NCBI RefSeq assembly: GCF_006345805.1
Contig: NC_042998.1
Location: 110,112,001 to 110,176,000, forward strand
Direction of reading: 5' to 3'
DNA length: 64,000 nucleotides
Source of the DNA: Octopus sinensis
Lineage: Eukaryota
Shown piece by piece: positions 1 to 13,310 of this stretch (positions are counted from its first letter, which is position 1; every line of letters starts with the position of its first letter). The notes beneath the pieces were generated by a model. The model did no database searches. It was not told the DNA's origin and saw only the letters and a program-made list of their open reading frames with translations. Position numbers and translations under genes: made by a program.

Positions 1-530
1 ATATATATATTAATACATCATATGAATAGAACAGAATTTATAAATTTCAAGGCCAGAACGGTCAAAATCTGTTTGTTTCCGTTTCATTAATAGAAAGTAT
101 TCATCAATTCATTGCCAGCGAGAAGTTTTGCCATAATATTACTTTAATAAGAATAAGTTTAAGTTTTAAAAGTAATATTTTGTTCTCTAACATTGAGCAA
201 CGTCTCCAAAAATTGTTCACCTCAGAATCAAAGAAATTGAATCATATAAAATGTTTAAAAAAATATACAATATTAAAATGTTGAATTAAGATCGTAAAAT
301 TGATTTCAAGTTTAAAGAGAAATTTGTTCCTTAAAGCATTATGGCAGTGAAAAAACATAGGGCAAGAGATAGTAAAACTAGAGATAAAATGTAACTGTCA
401 AAAATATTTATGAAAACAGGAGGTTAATACATACATATGCGCGTGCACACACGGATATATCATATAGAGCTATATGTTATATATATTTAGTACAAATATG
501 TATATGTTCAAAGGTGTATGCATCTTTTGC

Positions 531-561
<31 letters not shown>

Positions 562-601
562 GATATATCCGTATATATATATGTGTGTGTGTATACACAT
601 A

Positions 602-643
<42 letters not shown>

Positions 644-682
644 TATGCGTGTGTGTTTGTGTAAGCTTACCTACATAAATGC

Positions 683-725
<43 letters not shown>

Positions 726-1466
726 ACACATGCACCAAGTTTTATAGATATGCAAGCATGTATATGTACAAATAGATAGATAGATAGGATTTTGAATTTA
801 CAAACTAGGGGGGAAATATTCTAGGTATGTAGTAGTGCTCATTTATTTTTCGAATGTGAGATTTCTTTTCCTCGCTGCTCTGTTATTTAGCGTTGCAACA
901 TTTCAAAGTAGTGGCAAGAAGCCACAGTTTTGATTAAGTGAATGTAGTGTTTCGAGATGTGACTAAATAACTTGTAGAAAAATTGAACTTCACATGAAGT
1001 ATCAGTTTCATCCTATCCACGTAAAATATTGCCAGCGTGAAATACTGTCACTTCTTCATTGACGAAAAGACATGTAAATTTTGTTGCACGCATGCAGCTT
1101 ACTGGATAAATAATCTGCTCTGTTCTGTACCACTTTATTTTATCCTGTATAGTTTATGAAGAAATCGAAGAGCGTGACAGATATGATACGTTAAGAAAAC
1201 TTTACGTGTTCTAAATGTAGATTTATTAGCGTTAACTAGATCTGAAGCGAAAAACTTCGGTTTACCTGGAAGATTTATTAATTACATCTACCTCAGAAAA
1301 CAAATTAAGGAAACGACTATTTTTTTCAAAAGGCGAAGAAATGACGCTCACAGCAATCAAACTATGAAGATGTTTGTGGCAACTACTGATTGTCACCAAG
1401 GTTTCATGGTAGGAATTTAACTGCAAATTATATATATATATATATATATATAGGGAGAGTTTATGA

Positions 1467-1630
1467 AAAAACAAAAGACGAAGACAGGTAGTGTACAAAG
1501 CAAATAGATGTATTAGTATAACGCTCAAGAATAGAAAAAGTCTTTTACGTTTCGAGCCTACGCTCTTCTACAGAAAGGGACACAGAAAAAACAAGGAGAG
1601 AAACAAGGAGAGAAAAAATATGTGTAGTGG
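1467..1630 (-). mobile_element. Short Penelope-terminal-repeat-like element carrying a variant minimal hammerhead motif (family H1)
   Basis: Flanked by (TA)n. Homologous to 28800-29000(+), 41400-41540(+), 61776-61985(-) and 62722-62935(-). The minus strand of 1542-1577 reads CTTT-CTGTAGA-A-GAGC-GTAG-GCTC-GAAA-CG-TA-AAAG. Confidence 0.6.
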
Positions 1631-2127
1631 ATATATATATATCTTGCGTAAAGCAGAATTTTTGCGGTAAAAGGCCGAAAAACATCCGGCGTTCTCGGTG
1701 GCCTATGCTAGGATTAATTTCGTCTCTCTTTGATGGTTATTGTGTTTTGTTTGTACACAACGTATCCATAAGAGGAGACATCTCTGAAAAGATATGGCTA
1801 TTTTAATTAAACACTCTCTCTGTTACGTATAGCAAATATGTAATCAACCAGACAACTATGTGCAACATAACCAGATAATTTATTTACTTTTTCCTGTATC
1901 AGATACAACGATTTCTCGTACGAGCATATGGCTGGCTGTGAATACACAGCATTGACAAGGCCCAAAAGGGCTGGATTGCGTCAGGCACCCTCGATGGAAT
2001 TGTTGGGAGGAATTTTCGTCTCTCTTTAATATATATTGTTCTGTGTTTTGAATACAGCAAGTGTATAACAGAAGTCATCCTGAGACAAATACTGCAGCAA
2101 CTGGCTTATCGAGAGTGTGTGCACTAT

Positions 2128-2166
<39 letters not shown>

Positions 2167-2445
2167 ACACATATATAGACATAGATATAGATACATCTAT
2201 ACACATATATATTTCTGTGTGTGTATAAACATACACACACACAAACACACATATATATATATAATAACGAAGGCAGCCATACGCAATGTAAAACCGAAAA
2301 GGAAAAATCCGATTGTCTCTAATTGTGACTGAGGGTGTCGGGTAGCACCTATATTGCTAGAAATAAGAGATAAGACCCCTGAGAGTCGCAAGAAAGCACA
2401 TTTTTATATATTGACAAGGGAGGTAACAGCGAGCGCGATCACTAT

Positions 2446-2490
2446 CCTAATCTAGTTTCGCTTGAAAAATTACAAGCTTATCAGTAATGA
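2446..2490 (-). ncRNA. Degenerate minimal type I hammerhead ribozyme motif
   Basis: Minus strand reads TTA-CTGATAA-GCTTG-TAATTTTT-CAAGC-GAAA-CTAG-ATTAG. Helix II is a perfect 5 bp, but the core has G8>A and the cleavage triplet is poor. Confidence 0.4.
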
Positions 2491-2593
2491 CTGCTACATT
2501 GCTGGATGGCTTCGCTAAATCCTGACCGTCAGTGTATGTATTTACCATATGAATTTATTGTTAATTCAGCAAAATGCTAATGTGAAAATTATA

Positions 2594-2920
2594 TCTTTTA
2601 TCTTTTATTTCAATATTTAAACTTCAGCAATGCTGGTTAATCACCTTGAAGAGTTTTTAGTACTACTCTTTAAAGCCTGTACTTATTCTATGGATATCGT
2701 TTGGTGAACCGTTAATTTACGGGGATGTAAGCACATTACCTAAGATTTTTAAGTGGTTAGAGATAAAGATGCACACATATGAATATAAACATACATATAT
2801 ACAACGAGTTTCTTTTAGTTTCAGTCTACCAAATTCAATCACAAGGCTTTGGCCGGCCAGAGGCTATAGTAGAAAACGCATGCCCAAGATTCCACGCAGT
2901 GAGTCTGAACATGGAACTAC
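2594..2920 (-). mobile_element. tRNA-derived SINE, family A (head + internal microsatellite + 3' part), diverged copy
   Basis: 2803-2920 matches the heads at 10448, 36722 and 61013. 2594-2780 matches the 3' halves at 35060 and 40486. Confidence 0.65.
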
Positions 2921-3498
2921 GATACGCATACACACACACACACACTCACACACACACACATGCGCGCATGAGTATAATTACAAACACGAATATATAAATA
3001 TATATATGAGTCGGTATGTGTGTGTGTAATTATGTATATAATCGGACATTTCAAAGAAGACTAAATATTTCAAAATATCTTAACAACAGCTGTGCCTGAA
3101 TGACTCACATGTAACATTACTATATTTACAATTACAGTTATATACTTAGATAGGTTTCGGCGACATTGGCCCAGGCCATGGCTAATTTAATAGCTCCACC
3201 TATATATATATACGTGATTATATACCACGCAAGAATGACATCTACAAGGATAAAAATCCAAAGTGATGTGATTATTGCGTGCTATTAAAATTCTATTATA
3301 ATAATTGATATTTTAAAGATACCAAACATTGATTGAGACAAATTTGGGATCGAATATTTCCAAAATTCGTTGTCATTGTTTCTGATATTAATTCATGTTT
3401 GTCTTTTGATTGATTCATAAAGCCTACTCTTGAAAGTACACGAAATTGCAGTACATAGCATTTTATAACACACACACACACAAGGCACACACACAGCA

Positions 3499-3570
<72 letters not shown>

Positions 3571-5278
3571 CACATACACAGCACACGCACATGTCCATAG
3601 ATATATGTATAATTTGAAATATGTATACATTTATACGCTTATACTCATACCGTGAAGTATGTATATATTTATACACATGCCTATATTTGTGTGTCTGTGT
3701 GCAGTTCTGAAAATCTAAGCATTTTCTCGACAGTTAAGCTTGTCACTCTGAAGCATATTTATTTATTTTTTCATTTTTGCAATATTTCTCAATCATTCAT
3801 TATTAGATATATAGCGATTGATATTTATTACATTCTGTATGTAGCTCTCGATCGTTTTATTTCGTTTTCTTCTCTATCTTGCTCTAAAACTTACAAATCG
3901 TTGTGGACAGTTAGAATCTGTGCAATTTTACTCTTATGAGATGCGTTAAATTCAGATGAGTTTATAAGTCCCTTTGTTTGGTTACAGTAAAGATTGAAAG
4001 TGTCTAATATTTCGGACACATTCCTCGGCAGACGCCACTTGGAGTGTTTTTTTTATATTTGACGAAGTTATTGGCTGTCTTCACTCGTTATTTGCATAAA
4101 ACTTATAAAATTAATATGCATTTTTATTAGGGGAATTAAGATACAAGTATTTTAAAGATAGAAGATAATTTTGTCACCATTTTCTCCTTCACGTGTATAA
4201 GCTACCTTCTAACGTATATCGATCTTTTTCACTGGCCGACATCGTGGCTGGACGAAGTTGTTAAGGCCTTTATAGAGCTGTGGATTTTCGGATACGAAAA
4301 TCATCTACATTTACGATTTACAGGCATCGGATTTGAGTCCAACTTACAGAACCAGCACGAAATTGTGCAACCGTTTATCAGCTAGCAGTTCTTGATATTT
4401 TAAGATATTTCAAATTCCAACTTAAGACAGCTCGGGAAGTCCAAAAAAATCCCAGTACGTACATTCCAGTCTTACTCTCCATAGTGAAGTACAGATGTGT
4501 ATCTATCCTACATTAACATTTACATGGTACAGCTATTAAATTACCAAGACGTATGACAGCACTTATCCAATACGAGTTTCGCAGGACGTTTCAACTGTAT
4601 GAAAATGTTTATACACTGCTACACATTCAAGAAACACCCTCAAATGAATGGAAATGAAAGGATTACCGAAGTTAGATTGTGAGAATGTAAAAATTTAAAT
4701 ACAATAGCTAATTATAATAAACTGATTGTACAGAAAAATTATTGTTAAACTGGAATATTTTACTTCGATGTACATGTGTGTATGTAGTGGAAAGGCATTT
4801 TGAGTTTAATATAATTATGAGAAACATAATTTTGCAAGTAAGAGAAAGAGAGAATTATAACAATATTTGAAATGACAGAAACAATGTAAACTAGAATAAA
4901 TGATGGGAATGATATGAATTGATTTGAAAATGTATTTAAAATGTAGAAATCAGTGCATAATTTTCCGTGTAAATCGGTGCAGTAGGAATATTTTGTCATG
5001 TTGATAAAACCATGTGCGTAAATCCATTTTCCAATGTATATGAATTAACTTAGTAAAGAACAATCCTATCAAACAAGCAATAATATGGAGAAACAAGAAA
5101 CAATCAAATCATTATAATATATTTTCATCTACAATTTTGTTTTAGACTTTGATGTACAAATTTTATGTCTGAATATACAATCAATGAAAAGAGGGAAGTG
5201 GATTATATATATATATATATATATATATATTATGCATGTATGCGTATACATATATGTTTGCATGTATATATGTATGTA

Positions 5279-5337
<59 letters not shown>

Positions 5338-5879
5338 CATATATACATATATATATATATACATATATTTACATTACCAGTGCAAGTAGTAATTTTCTTT
5401 ATATGTTCGTGATCCGATCAATCCATATTGGTGAAGAAAAGGTTTCTGAGACAGGTATGACCTTTTCACAAGAGCGATTGACCGTGCAAATTTAAGGTTT
5501 CAGGAATCATAGAATGAGTTGGAAAAAGAACAAAATGAATGCATAACATCAAAAATTGAGAATCAAATCTATAGCAGATCCATCTAGCACACAAACCCGA
5601 CAAATCGTGAAGACTGGTAGACCGAATGTCAAAACAGTGGCCTATGACTCCATTTGAAATTGAGTTCGCAAAATTATATTATACATACATACTTGCAAAA
5701 AGAAAAGAAACAAACATGCATATATAAACATATATACGTATTTGCCCGTATACGTAAGTATATATGTATATATATAATAATAAACCCGAAATTCTGTCTG
5801 TCCTACCCTTGTATCTCAGTCTACACTTACTCTACATAGACATATTATACCATTTTGGGATCCGGATGATCCCCGGGAT

Positions 5880-6450
5880 TGAAAATATCTGCCCTTCATT
5901 TGGTCCTTGAAATCTAGAATTGGAATCTGATTTAAAAGCATTTGGGTTGCTAATACACCCGTTAAAAAATATTTATTAACGTTAAGTGCTTACATCTCAA
6001 ATATAAACTATGCCTAATGAAAGTTGAATAGGGGAAAGGCTACAGTTCATTATGCAGTGTACCCAGTCTCGTGAGGTGGGTGCCTTCTAGGAGACATTTG
6101 CCTAGTTAGCTGATGTCCCTTCATTTTTCAAAATAGGGGATCATAAACAAAAATATATTGGACTGTGCGAATTTGACTTCAAAACGAGATTCGCACATAG
6201 ACAAAATGTAAAGCAAGAAGGTGTCAAGCCTTATATAGAACCTAAAGAATAGCAATACACCACATATCATCAAGTGGAGCATCTTGTATAGATTTAGACC
6301 ATAACTGACAACCAAAAATCTAGGCTCTGTATAGCTACAGCAACACACATCCTTATAAGACCGAATAACAGCCCCAAATTTCTGAATGGAACATCAGAGG
6401 TTTTTGTACGATATACCCGTTTCAGCAAGTTTCTGTTATTGAACTGGAAG
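5880..6450 (+). pseudogene. Penelope-like element (PLE) GIY-YIG endonuclease C-terminal remnant, frameshifted
   Basis: Manual translation gives, in order: GGCLLGDI (~6075), KYIGLCEFDFKTRF (6151), IKWSILYRFRP (6269), RLCIATATHIL...FLNGTSEVF...FSKFLLLNWK (to 6450). This follows the PLE pattern C..G.CL / YIG...FK.R / I.W.IL / C.LC / LN..SE / K.LL.N. Confidence 0.7.
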
Positions 6451-6828
6451 ACATAACCTTACCCAATTAGACACAATGTCTAACACAGTCCGCCGTTTCC
6501 TCCCATTCGACAAACCGTTGCCACTAGACATAGTCTTTCTTTTTTCTTTTCTAAGATTCAAACGCCTAACATTTACTTTATTCTTCATTTAAGGGGTGAA
6601 ATGAAATGGATATAACATTTATACCCATTCCCCTTTACACGTTGCACAAAGTTATAACAGTATTTTTCTCGTAATTTGTATTCTAGAAGGAATAGCTATG
6701 TCATTCGAGCCTGAACGATTACCAGATCGTACACAGTAGACTATGCAACTATGTCCGATTATTACATTATCCGTGCATGAAATTTGAAGTAGCTTGTTAT
6801 GACTCCTCTATGTATGACATATATACAT

Positions 6829-6985
6829 TCATACATGCATACATACATACATACATGCGTGCATACATACATACATACATACATACATACATACATACAT
6901 ACATACATACATACATACATACATACATACATACATACATACATACATACATACATACACGCACACACACATACGCACATATATG
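6829..6985. repeat. (CATA)n tetranucleotide microsatellite
   Basis: Direct inspection. Similar (TATG)n/(CATA)n tracts at ~16716, 29480, 41570, 45980 and 48265. Confidence 0.95.
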
Positions 6986-7961
6986 AGTATGTGCATAAAG
7001 TAGCGGTTTAGTGTTTTCTATTGCTGATAGACATTATGCAGCTCACTTCATATCTCGTCCTTACAAGAATCAATACGGCAACCAACTACATTACTTCTCA
7101 CTTATCGACCACAATACCGCAACTTGATCAGAGACATGCATCTTACACATCATTCGTTTTCCCTGCACGAAGTTAAAGAACTCGATATGTTCCATTAAAA
7201 CTGAACAGAAACGGATGCACAATTTACAACTTACACATTTATAGATATTCAGAATCTCTATTCAAAAATAACTCTTCTTTCAATTTAACTCGTTCTGAGA
7301 CTGCACGATGTATGCTAATGAATTCTTGAAACACTAAATTACTTCTGCCAGCGTAAAATCTTTGTGTCTCCTTGTTAGTTCATTGTAAAAAGAACTGTGA
7401 TTCATATTCAACCTGTGTAGCATGTTTTGTATACACGAATCACTTTGCAAACATTCTTTCCCAAACATTTCAGAGAGGAATTATGAATCTTGTTCTCTAG
7501 AACACATGAACTACAGAGAGATATGAACATACAAACTGTCATATATAACATATTGAGCTGCAGCCTTAAACAACACATGAAATGCTCATTTGATATACTT
7601 GTCAAATAATATTTACCATAGGCTTACATTTTGTAGGAATTAATCGGAGATGGTTGCACAAAGGCGACAAATGTGTAGAAGTTGTATTTAGAAATATAGA
7701 AGACTTTATTATTATTTATTCACATGTGGATTATAAAAAATTCCTTCGGGTTATAAGAGAAGTCATGTGATTGCCTGCAGGGACTCAGAAGAGACGCCAG
7801 AATCATGGAGTTAATATACTGCTAAGAAATATGCGTCTGTTAACCACACGCATTGAAATTATCTAATTACACGTATTATTAGCCTTTTAGCAACTTTATT
7901 CACATAGCCTATCTACAGATAAACATATACGTATATATGCATATATATATCTATTACACAG

Positions 7962-8000
<39 letters not shown>

Positions 8001-8680
8001 GATACAGACGTGATATGTTTGGTTAGTCTCATGTATGTATATACATAACAATCTATCCATTTATCTATATTTCTATATAATATAATATATTATATTGTGT
8101 GTGTGTGTGTCTAGATTTATACATACATGCATATGTGTTCATATAAAATATAAACATACATACGTATGTGTGTGTATCTATGCTTATAACGTATAGGTTA
8201 ATTTTTGGTTTTCATTCAAAAGACATAGTTCACTTCAAGTAGTCGTGGCAATCTGCTCGGTTATTAGAACAATGGCCACCATAATAACCATTCCGTTTTA
8301 AATGCCAAACACCGATTGATTAATCAATTTAAAGAAAAAATAGTCTTTCTTGTTGCAACACTATTGGACGACCTTACTATGAACATGATCGAAACTGCAA
8401 CTGTCAAATAATAATTGGCAAAACTACTCAGAGAAAATCGATAGAGACATTGAAGTATCTCAGAAATCGAGAAAATGTGAGAGGTAGATAAATATTTAAG
8501 CAGTGTTGAAAGTTTTTGCATAATATTAGTTATGCAACTTCCATAGGCAACAACCAAATTCTAAATAATATAATTGCAGAGACGAATGAATATATATGTG
8601 TACGAGTCCATGCGTGCATAATCGTGTGTGTTTGTGCTTGTGCTTTTTTAGTGTATCTTTGAATGTATCCATGTGTGTAT

Positions 8681-8723
<43 letters not shown>

Positions 8724-8865
8724 CAACCAGTCTTCATAATTTCAAAATTTTGGTACAACATGATATATGAAATTATAAGTAAACATATTCAACAATATAT
8801 TTTGTACATTTTGCTGGTAGAAAAGAAATACAACTTTCATTATTGATGAATACAGGCATGCATAA

Positions 8866-9070
<205 letters not shown>

Positions 9071-9265
9071 GTTAATCCAAACACGAAAGTACAAAAAAAC
9101 ATAACAACGCGAGGACGTGGAACAAATATAGTATTATTGGACGCTCAGGAAAGAAGGAAGGTTTAACGTTTCGAGCGGAGGTCTTCGTCGGAAACATAGG
9201 AGAAGGAAAGATCCAGAGAAGGGAAGACAAAAGGAAAAAATCGCCAACGGTACACACGCGGTCAT
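9071..9265 (-). mobile_element. Short PLE-terminal-repeat-like element with hammerhead motif at 9161-9195, related to H1
   Basis: Minus strand reads GTTT-CCGACGA-A-GACC-TCC-GCTC-GAAA-CG-TT-AAAC. (TA)n on both sides. Shares the ACGCTC..GAA block with H1. Confidence 0.55.
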
Positions 9266-9279
9266 ATATATATATATAT

Positions 9280-9563
9280 CTCACGTGATCGACCAGGCTA
9301 TCAGATGCTGCTACACATCGCTGGTCACAATCCACTTCACATTGTTTTAGCCTTCAAATGACGCTACCCCGCTGGCTAAGCGAGCAGGCCAACAGAAGAA
9401 AGAATGAGAGAAAGTTGTGGAGAAAGAGTACAGCAGGGATCGCCACAACCCGCTGCCGGAGCCTCGTGGAGCTTTAGGTGTTTTCGCAACGCCCGGTCTG
9501 GGAATCGAAAACGTGATCCTACGACCGCGAGTCCGCTGATCTAATCACTGAGCCATTGCGCCT
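9280..9563 (-). mobile_element. tRNA-derived SINE (probably tRNA-Arg-like head)
   Basis: Minus strand begins GGCGCAATGGCTCAGTGATTAG (A box) ... GTTTTCGATTCCCAGACCGGGCG (B box). Flanked by (TA)n. Confidence 0.75.
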
Positions 9564-9574
9564 TATATATATAT

Positions 9575-9684
<110 letters not shown>

Positions 9685-10253
9685 AATATATACATATATT
9701 TATATGTGTGTATATGTGTGTGCGTGTGTGCATCATACACACATTCACTTATATAGTCACATATCTGTATATGTATGCGTTGTTGTTACATGCAAAATAC
9801 ATAGAAAAGAACATTAACTGAGAGTGAACTTCATTTAAGTCGAGTATAAAATTTATTTTGACAAGTCAATATTTGACCATGGTTTGTAGTTTTTCCTGTC
9901 TATGACTTTATAATACTGTAAGCTTCGTATACTTATAGTTACTTGTGATATGCTTGGGTATATCTAGTGAGTATTACTGTAGCTATTCCAAGATATTGTA
10001 TGGTTTATACAGCATAAATCTGCGGTAAAGTAATATTGAGTTCAATAATAAAAGTTCCTGAATATGGAATAATACAGTAAAAGAAATAAAGTTTTGGATT
10101 AGCAAAAAAAATGTGATTCAGCTAACCTAAAACTAATTCGTTAAAAAATGTCTCCGAATTTATATATTTCAAAAACCAAATTTTTAGAATCCTGCGTGTG
10201 GTAGGTCCAAGTTTTAAAGTCCACCGAATAAAGTAAGCTTAATCATCATCATA

Positions 10254-10447
10254 ATTCTTCTTCTTCTTCTTCTTCTTCTTCTTCTTCTTCTTCTTCTTTC
10301 TTCTCTTCTTCTTCTTCTTCTTCTTCTTCTTCTTCTTCTCCTCCTCCTCCTCCTCCTCCTCCTTCTTCTTCTTCTTCTTCTTCTTCTTCTTCTTCTACTT
10401 CTCCTCCTCCTCCTCCTCCTTCCTCTTCATCTTCTTCTTCTTCCTCC
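10254..10447. repeat. (TTC)n/(TCC)n compound trinucleotide polypyrimidine tract
   Basis: Direct inspection. Source of the spurious poly-E/G ORF. Confidence 0.95.
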
Positions 10448-10600
10448 ATACGACGAACTTCATTCAGATTGTATCTGCCAAATCCACTCGCAAGGCGGTT
10501 TTGTTGAACTTATCAACACACGTACTCACTCAAGATGCCAACCAGTGTACTTGAACTCGGAACCATGTGGCTGGAAGGTAAACTTTTTACAACACCCATA
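10448..10600 (-). mobile_element. SINE family A head, diverged
   Basis: Similar to 61013-61178 (CCAAATCCACTC.CAAGG ... GAACTC.GAA.CATGTGG). Confidence 0.55.
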
Positions 10601-10730
10601 CTTACACACACACACACACACACATATGTATTTACGTACATATTTACACGTAAAGGTGTATATCTATATATTAGTGTGGGTGTGTATATATATATCTGCT
10701 CATATATATATACATATATTTGTACATGCC

Positions 10731-10777
<47 letters not shown>

Positions 10778-11215
10778 TTCTATTTTTTTCTTCCTCTCTG
10801 AATCTATCAACGTATGTGTCTGTGTCTGCGTTTTTGTGTGTATGTAACTATTTGTGCGTTCTCAGTTGACACGTATTTTATGGCTGACAAGAGTTAAAGT
10901 ATAAAGAGACTTAGGTTAATAGAGTAGAATAACGTAAGCTCTTTACCAGGAATTATTTTCTGTCTACCTGTATCTCTGTCTATCTCTTTCTCTCTCTTTG
11001 TATATGGTAATCAGTATGCGTGTGTGTGTGGGAGGGGGCGAGAGTGTACTCATAGACTAATAACAAACGCAGAAAACGTATATGGTATTTTTCAGCTTTA
11101 AATGGCTTACGTGTGTTTTTCCAATCCGATTGACGCTATTGCGCGAAACTGCGAAACTATTGGTCTTACAAACCTTTAAATTATGTAAATATACATCTAT
11201 CTCTCTATATACATC

Positions 11216-11257
<42 letters not shown>

Positions 11258-13049
11258 AACACACACACATTGATATATGTATGCGTGTATGTGTGTGTGT
11301 GTCTATAACACACTCACATTCATCGTTTCATTTTCTTTGTCCGTCTCTATATTGCGTTATAATCCTTGGCTGTGTCAATCTATCTGTATAGATAGATACA
11401 GAAATACATAGATAGATATTTCTAGCATACTTTCTCATTTACTACCGTGTTTCTGCTTTCTGCTTTCCCTTTGTTAGCTTGTATCATGTAAATCTCTATA
11501 CAGTTGGCGTCTTTGATCCTCTTTCAACGTAGTCAATCTCCAGATAACGCTAATTGCATTAGCATCACGGTAGAAAAGATGCATTCCTTTCAGCTGTCCA
11601 ACATTACTAATCCAGTCAACTAAATGCTACACATTCTAAAAGTTTACTGATCAACGATGATCTTTAACACACGTGTTGATCAAGGATATTTACATATTTA
11701 TGTAACGTATTATCGACATACTGACGGTGAACATGTTGTAGATATATTAGTGTAGTGGTGCATGCAAAGAGAAAAGTAAAGTAGTAGATTAAAAACCAGT
11801 GAGAGAGTGAGAGAGAGAGAGAGAGAAAGAGAGGAGGGAATATGTGTGTGTACGCGCCTGTGTGTTTGTGTGGAAGTTTGAGCATATGCGTGTATGTGAG
11901 TGTGAGAGAGAGGGAGAGAGAGAGAAAGAGGGAGTGCGTGAGAGAAAAAGGGAGTGAGATAGAGATGGGAAGAGTGGAAGACGGGAAATAGAGTGTATAT
12001 TGTGTGTGTGTGTGTGAAAGAGATTATCTGTGTGAGTGAGAGAAATTGTGAGGTCAGAGTGAGAAAGAATGTATGAAAGGAAGAGTGACTATATGAGTGA
12101 GAGAGAAAGAGAGAAAGAGAGAGAGAGACTCTGCAAGAAAGGGAGGAAGAGTGGGATAGTGGGAGATTGAGAGAGATGGATAGGCCTGGCTAGTAAGAGG
12201 TGTATGACGCTAAAGAGGTTAAAAGATTTAAATAAATAGATGAGAAGATTGACTGACAAACAAGATGAACAGGAAGACATGACAGTTACACAGCCACTCA
12301 TATGTTTGCATATCACTGTGTATGTGCATGTGTGTGTGCGTGTGTATGTGTGTGCGCGTGTGTGTGTACGTGCGTGCGCGAGCGCCTGGCCAATCTTAAT
12401 GGTTTAACGTTCTTCCGTGGGCACGCATTTCCATGTGTATGTGCGTGTGGTTATGAATGTGTAAACAGGCAACGTACATACCTCTACACATGCAAACATA
12501 TGTGTAGAGGTAAATAGAAATATCGATATATGGATATACAAATATCTAGTTGAGCACAGAGAAGGGGCAAAGAGAGAAGGATACAGAGGGAGAGAGAAAG
12601 AGAGAGAGAGAGAGAATAAGAGAAACAAATGTTCAAACTGAAATAGAACTGATACATTACAATTAGCGAACTTGGTACGTAGAAGTACAGCGATATAAAC
12701 TGATGCCAGCTTCATGAAGTGGTTTAGTACTTCATTTAGTAAACTACTGGCTTTTTGGTAATTACAAACTGTATCACATTGACAACTATCTTCTAATATT
12801 TTCCTATTTGGGTCGATCATCTTGTGGGAGGAAGTTGGTAGAAAGAGGAGTCTGGGCAGAAATTCGTAGCATATATGTATGTATGTTTATGTATGTGTGT
12901 ATAAATACATACACGCACATATAGAACGTTTAATGCTATGGCTGGTCATAGAGTGACCATTGGCTTCGCACCTATAAAGTGCTTAGTAGTATAGGCAACT
13001 CGCCACACTCAAGTGGCTTCGGATTTATGAGTTTGATGAGACATCTATA

Positions 13050-13310
13050 CATGGGCCCGGGAACAGTGGGTGCAGGTGGTCCAAGTGCATCCCCTAGAAT
13101 TTTTGTTGAGTGCAGACCCCAAAATTTGCAGCCTATTTATTTTCCTCGGGTTTAGAAAACGGTAAATAAAAAGCAATATGTAAAAAGTAGCTTGAAGTTA
13201 GGTTCCTTCTCAAAGAACAAAACTCAAAAATAACAAAAAAAGACCTTTTTGGTAAATATTTTTGAACCTGGGTTTGCACCCCCTAAGCAAATTTCAATCC
13301 CGAGCCAGTG
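13050..13310. mobile_element. hAT-like MITE, diverged
   Basis: Imperfect TIRs CATGGGCCCGGGA / TCCCGAGCCAGTG. Candidate 8-bp TSD CATCTATA vs CGCCTATA. Subterminal GGGTGCA/TGCACCC motifs. Confidence 0.45.

Noticed and set aside
4250-4680. Possible decayed Tc1/mariner-family transposase fragment
   Set aside because: Only a vague resemblance (YMVQLL). No catalytic motifs or TIRs identified.
9480-9563. tRNA gene candidates (also 28690-28760)
   Set aside because: A and B boxes are present but the cloverleaf is broken and continues into a SINE body, so these are SINE heads.
10249-10449. Poly-Glu/Gly ORF
   Set aside because: It is a (GAA)/(GGA) trinucleotide tract adjacent to a SINE, with no splice or domain context.
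12404-12820. 138-aa minus-strand ORF with a non-repetitive N-terminal half
   Set aside because: No recognisable domain, runs into (TC)n/(CA)n repeats, and has no convincing splice sites.
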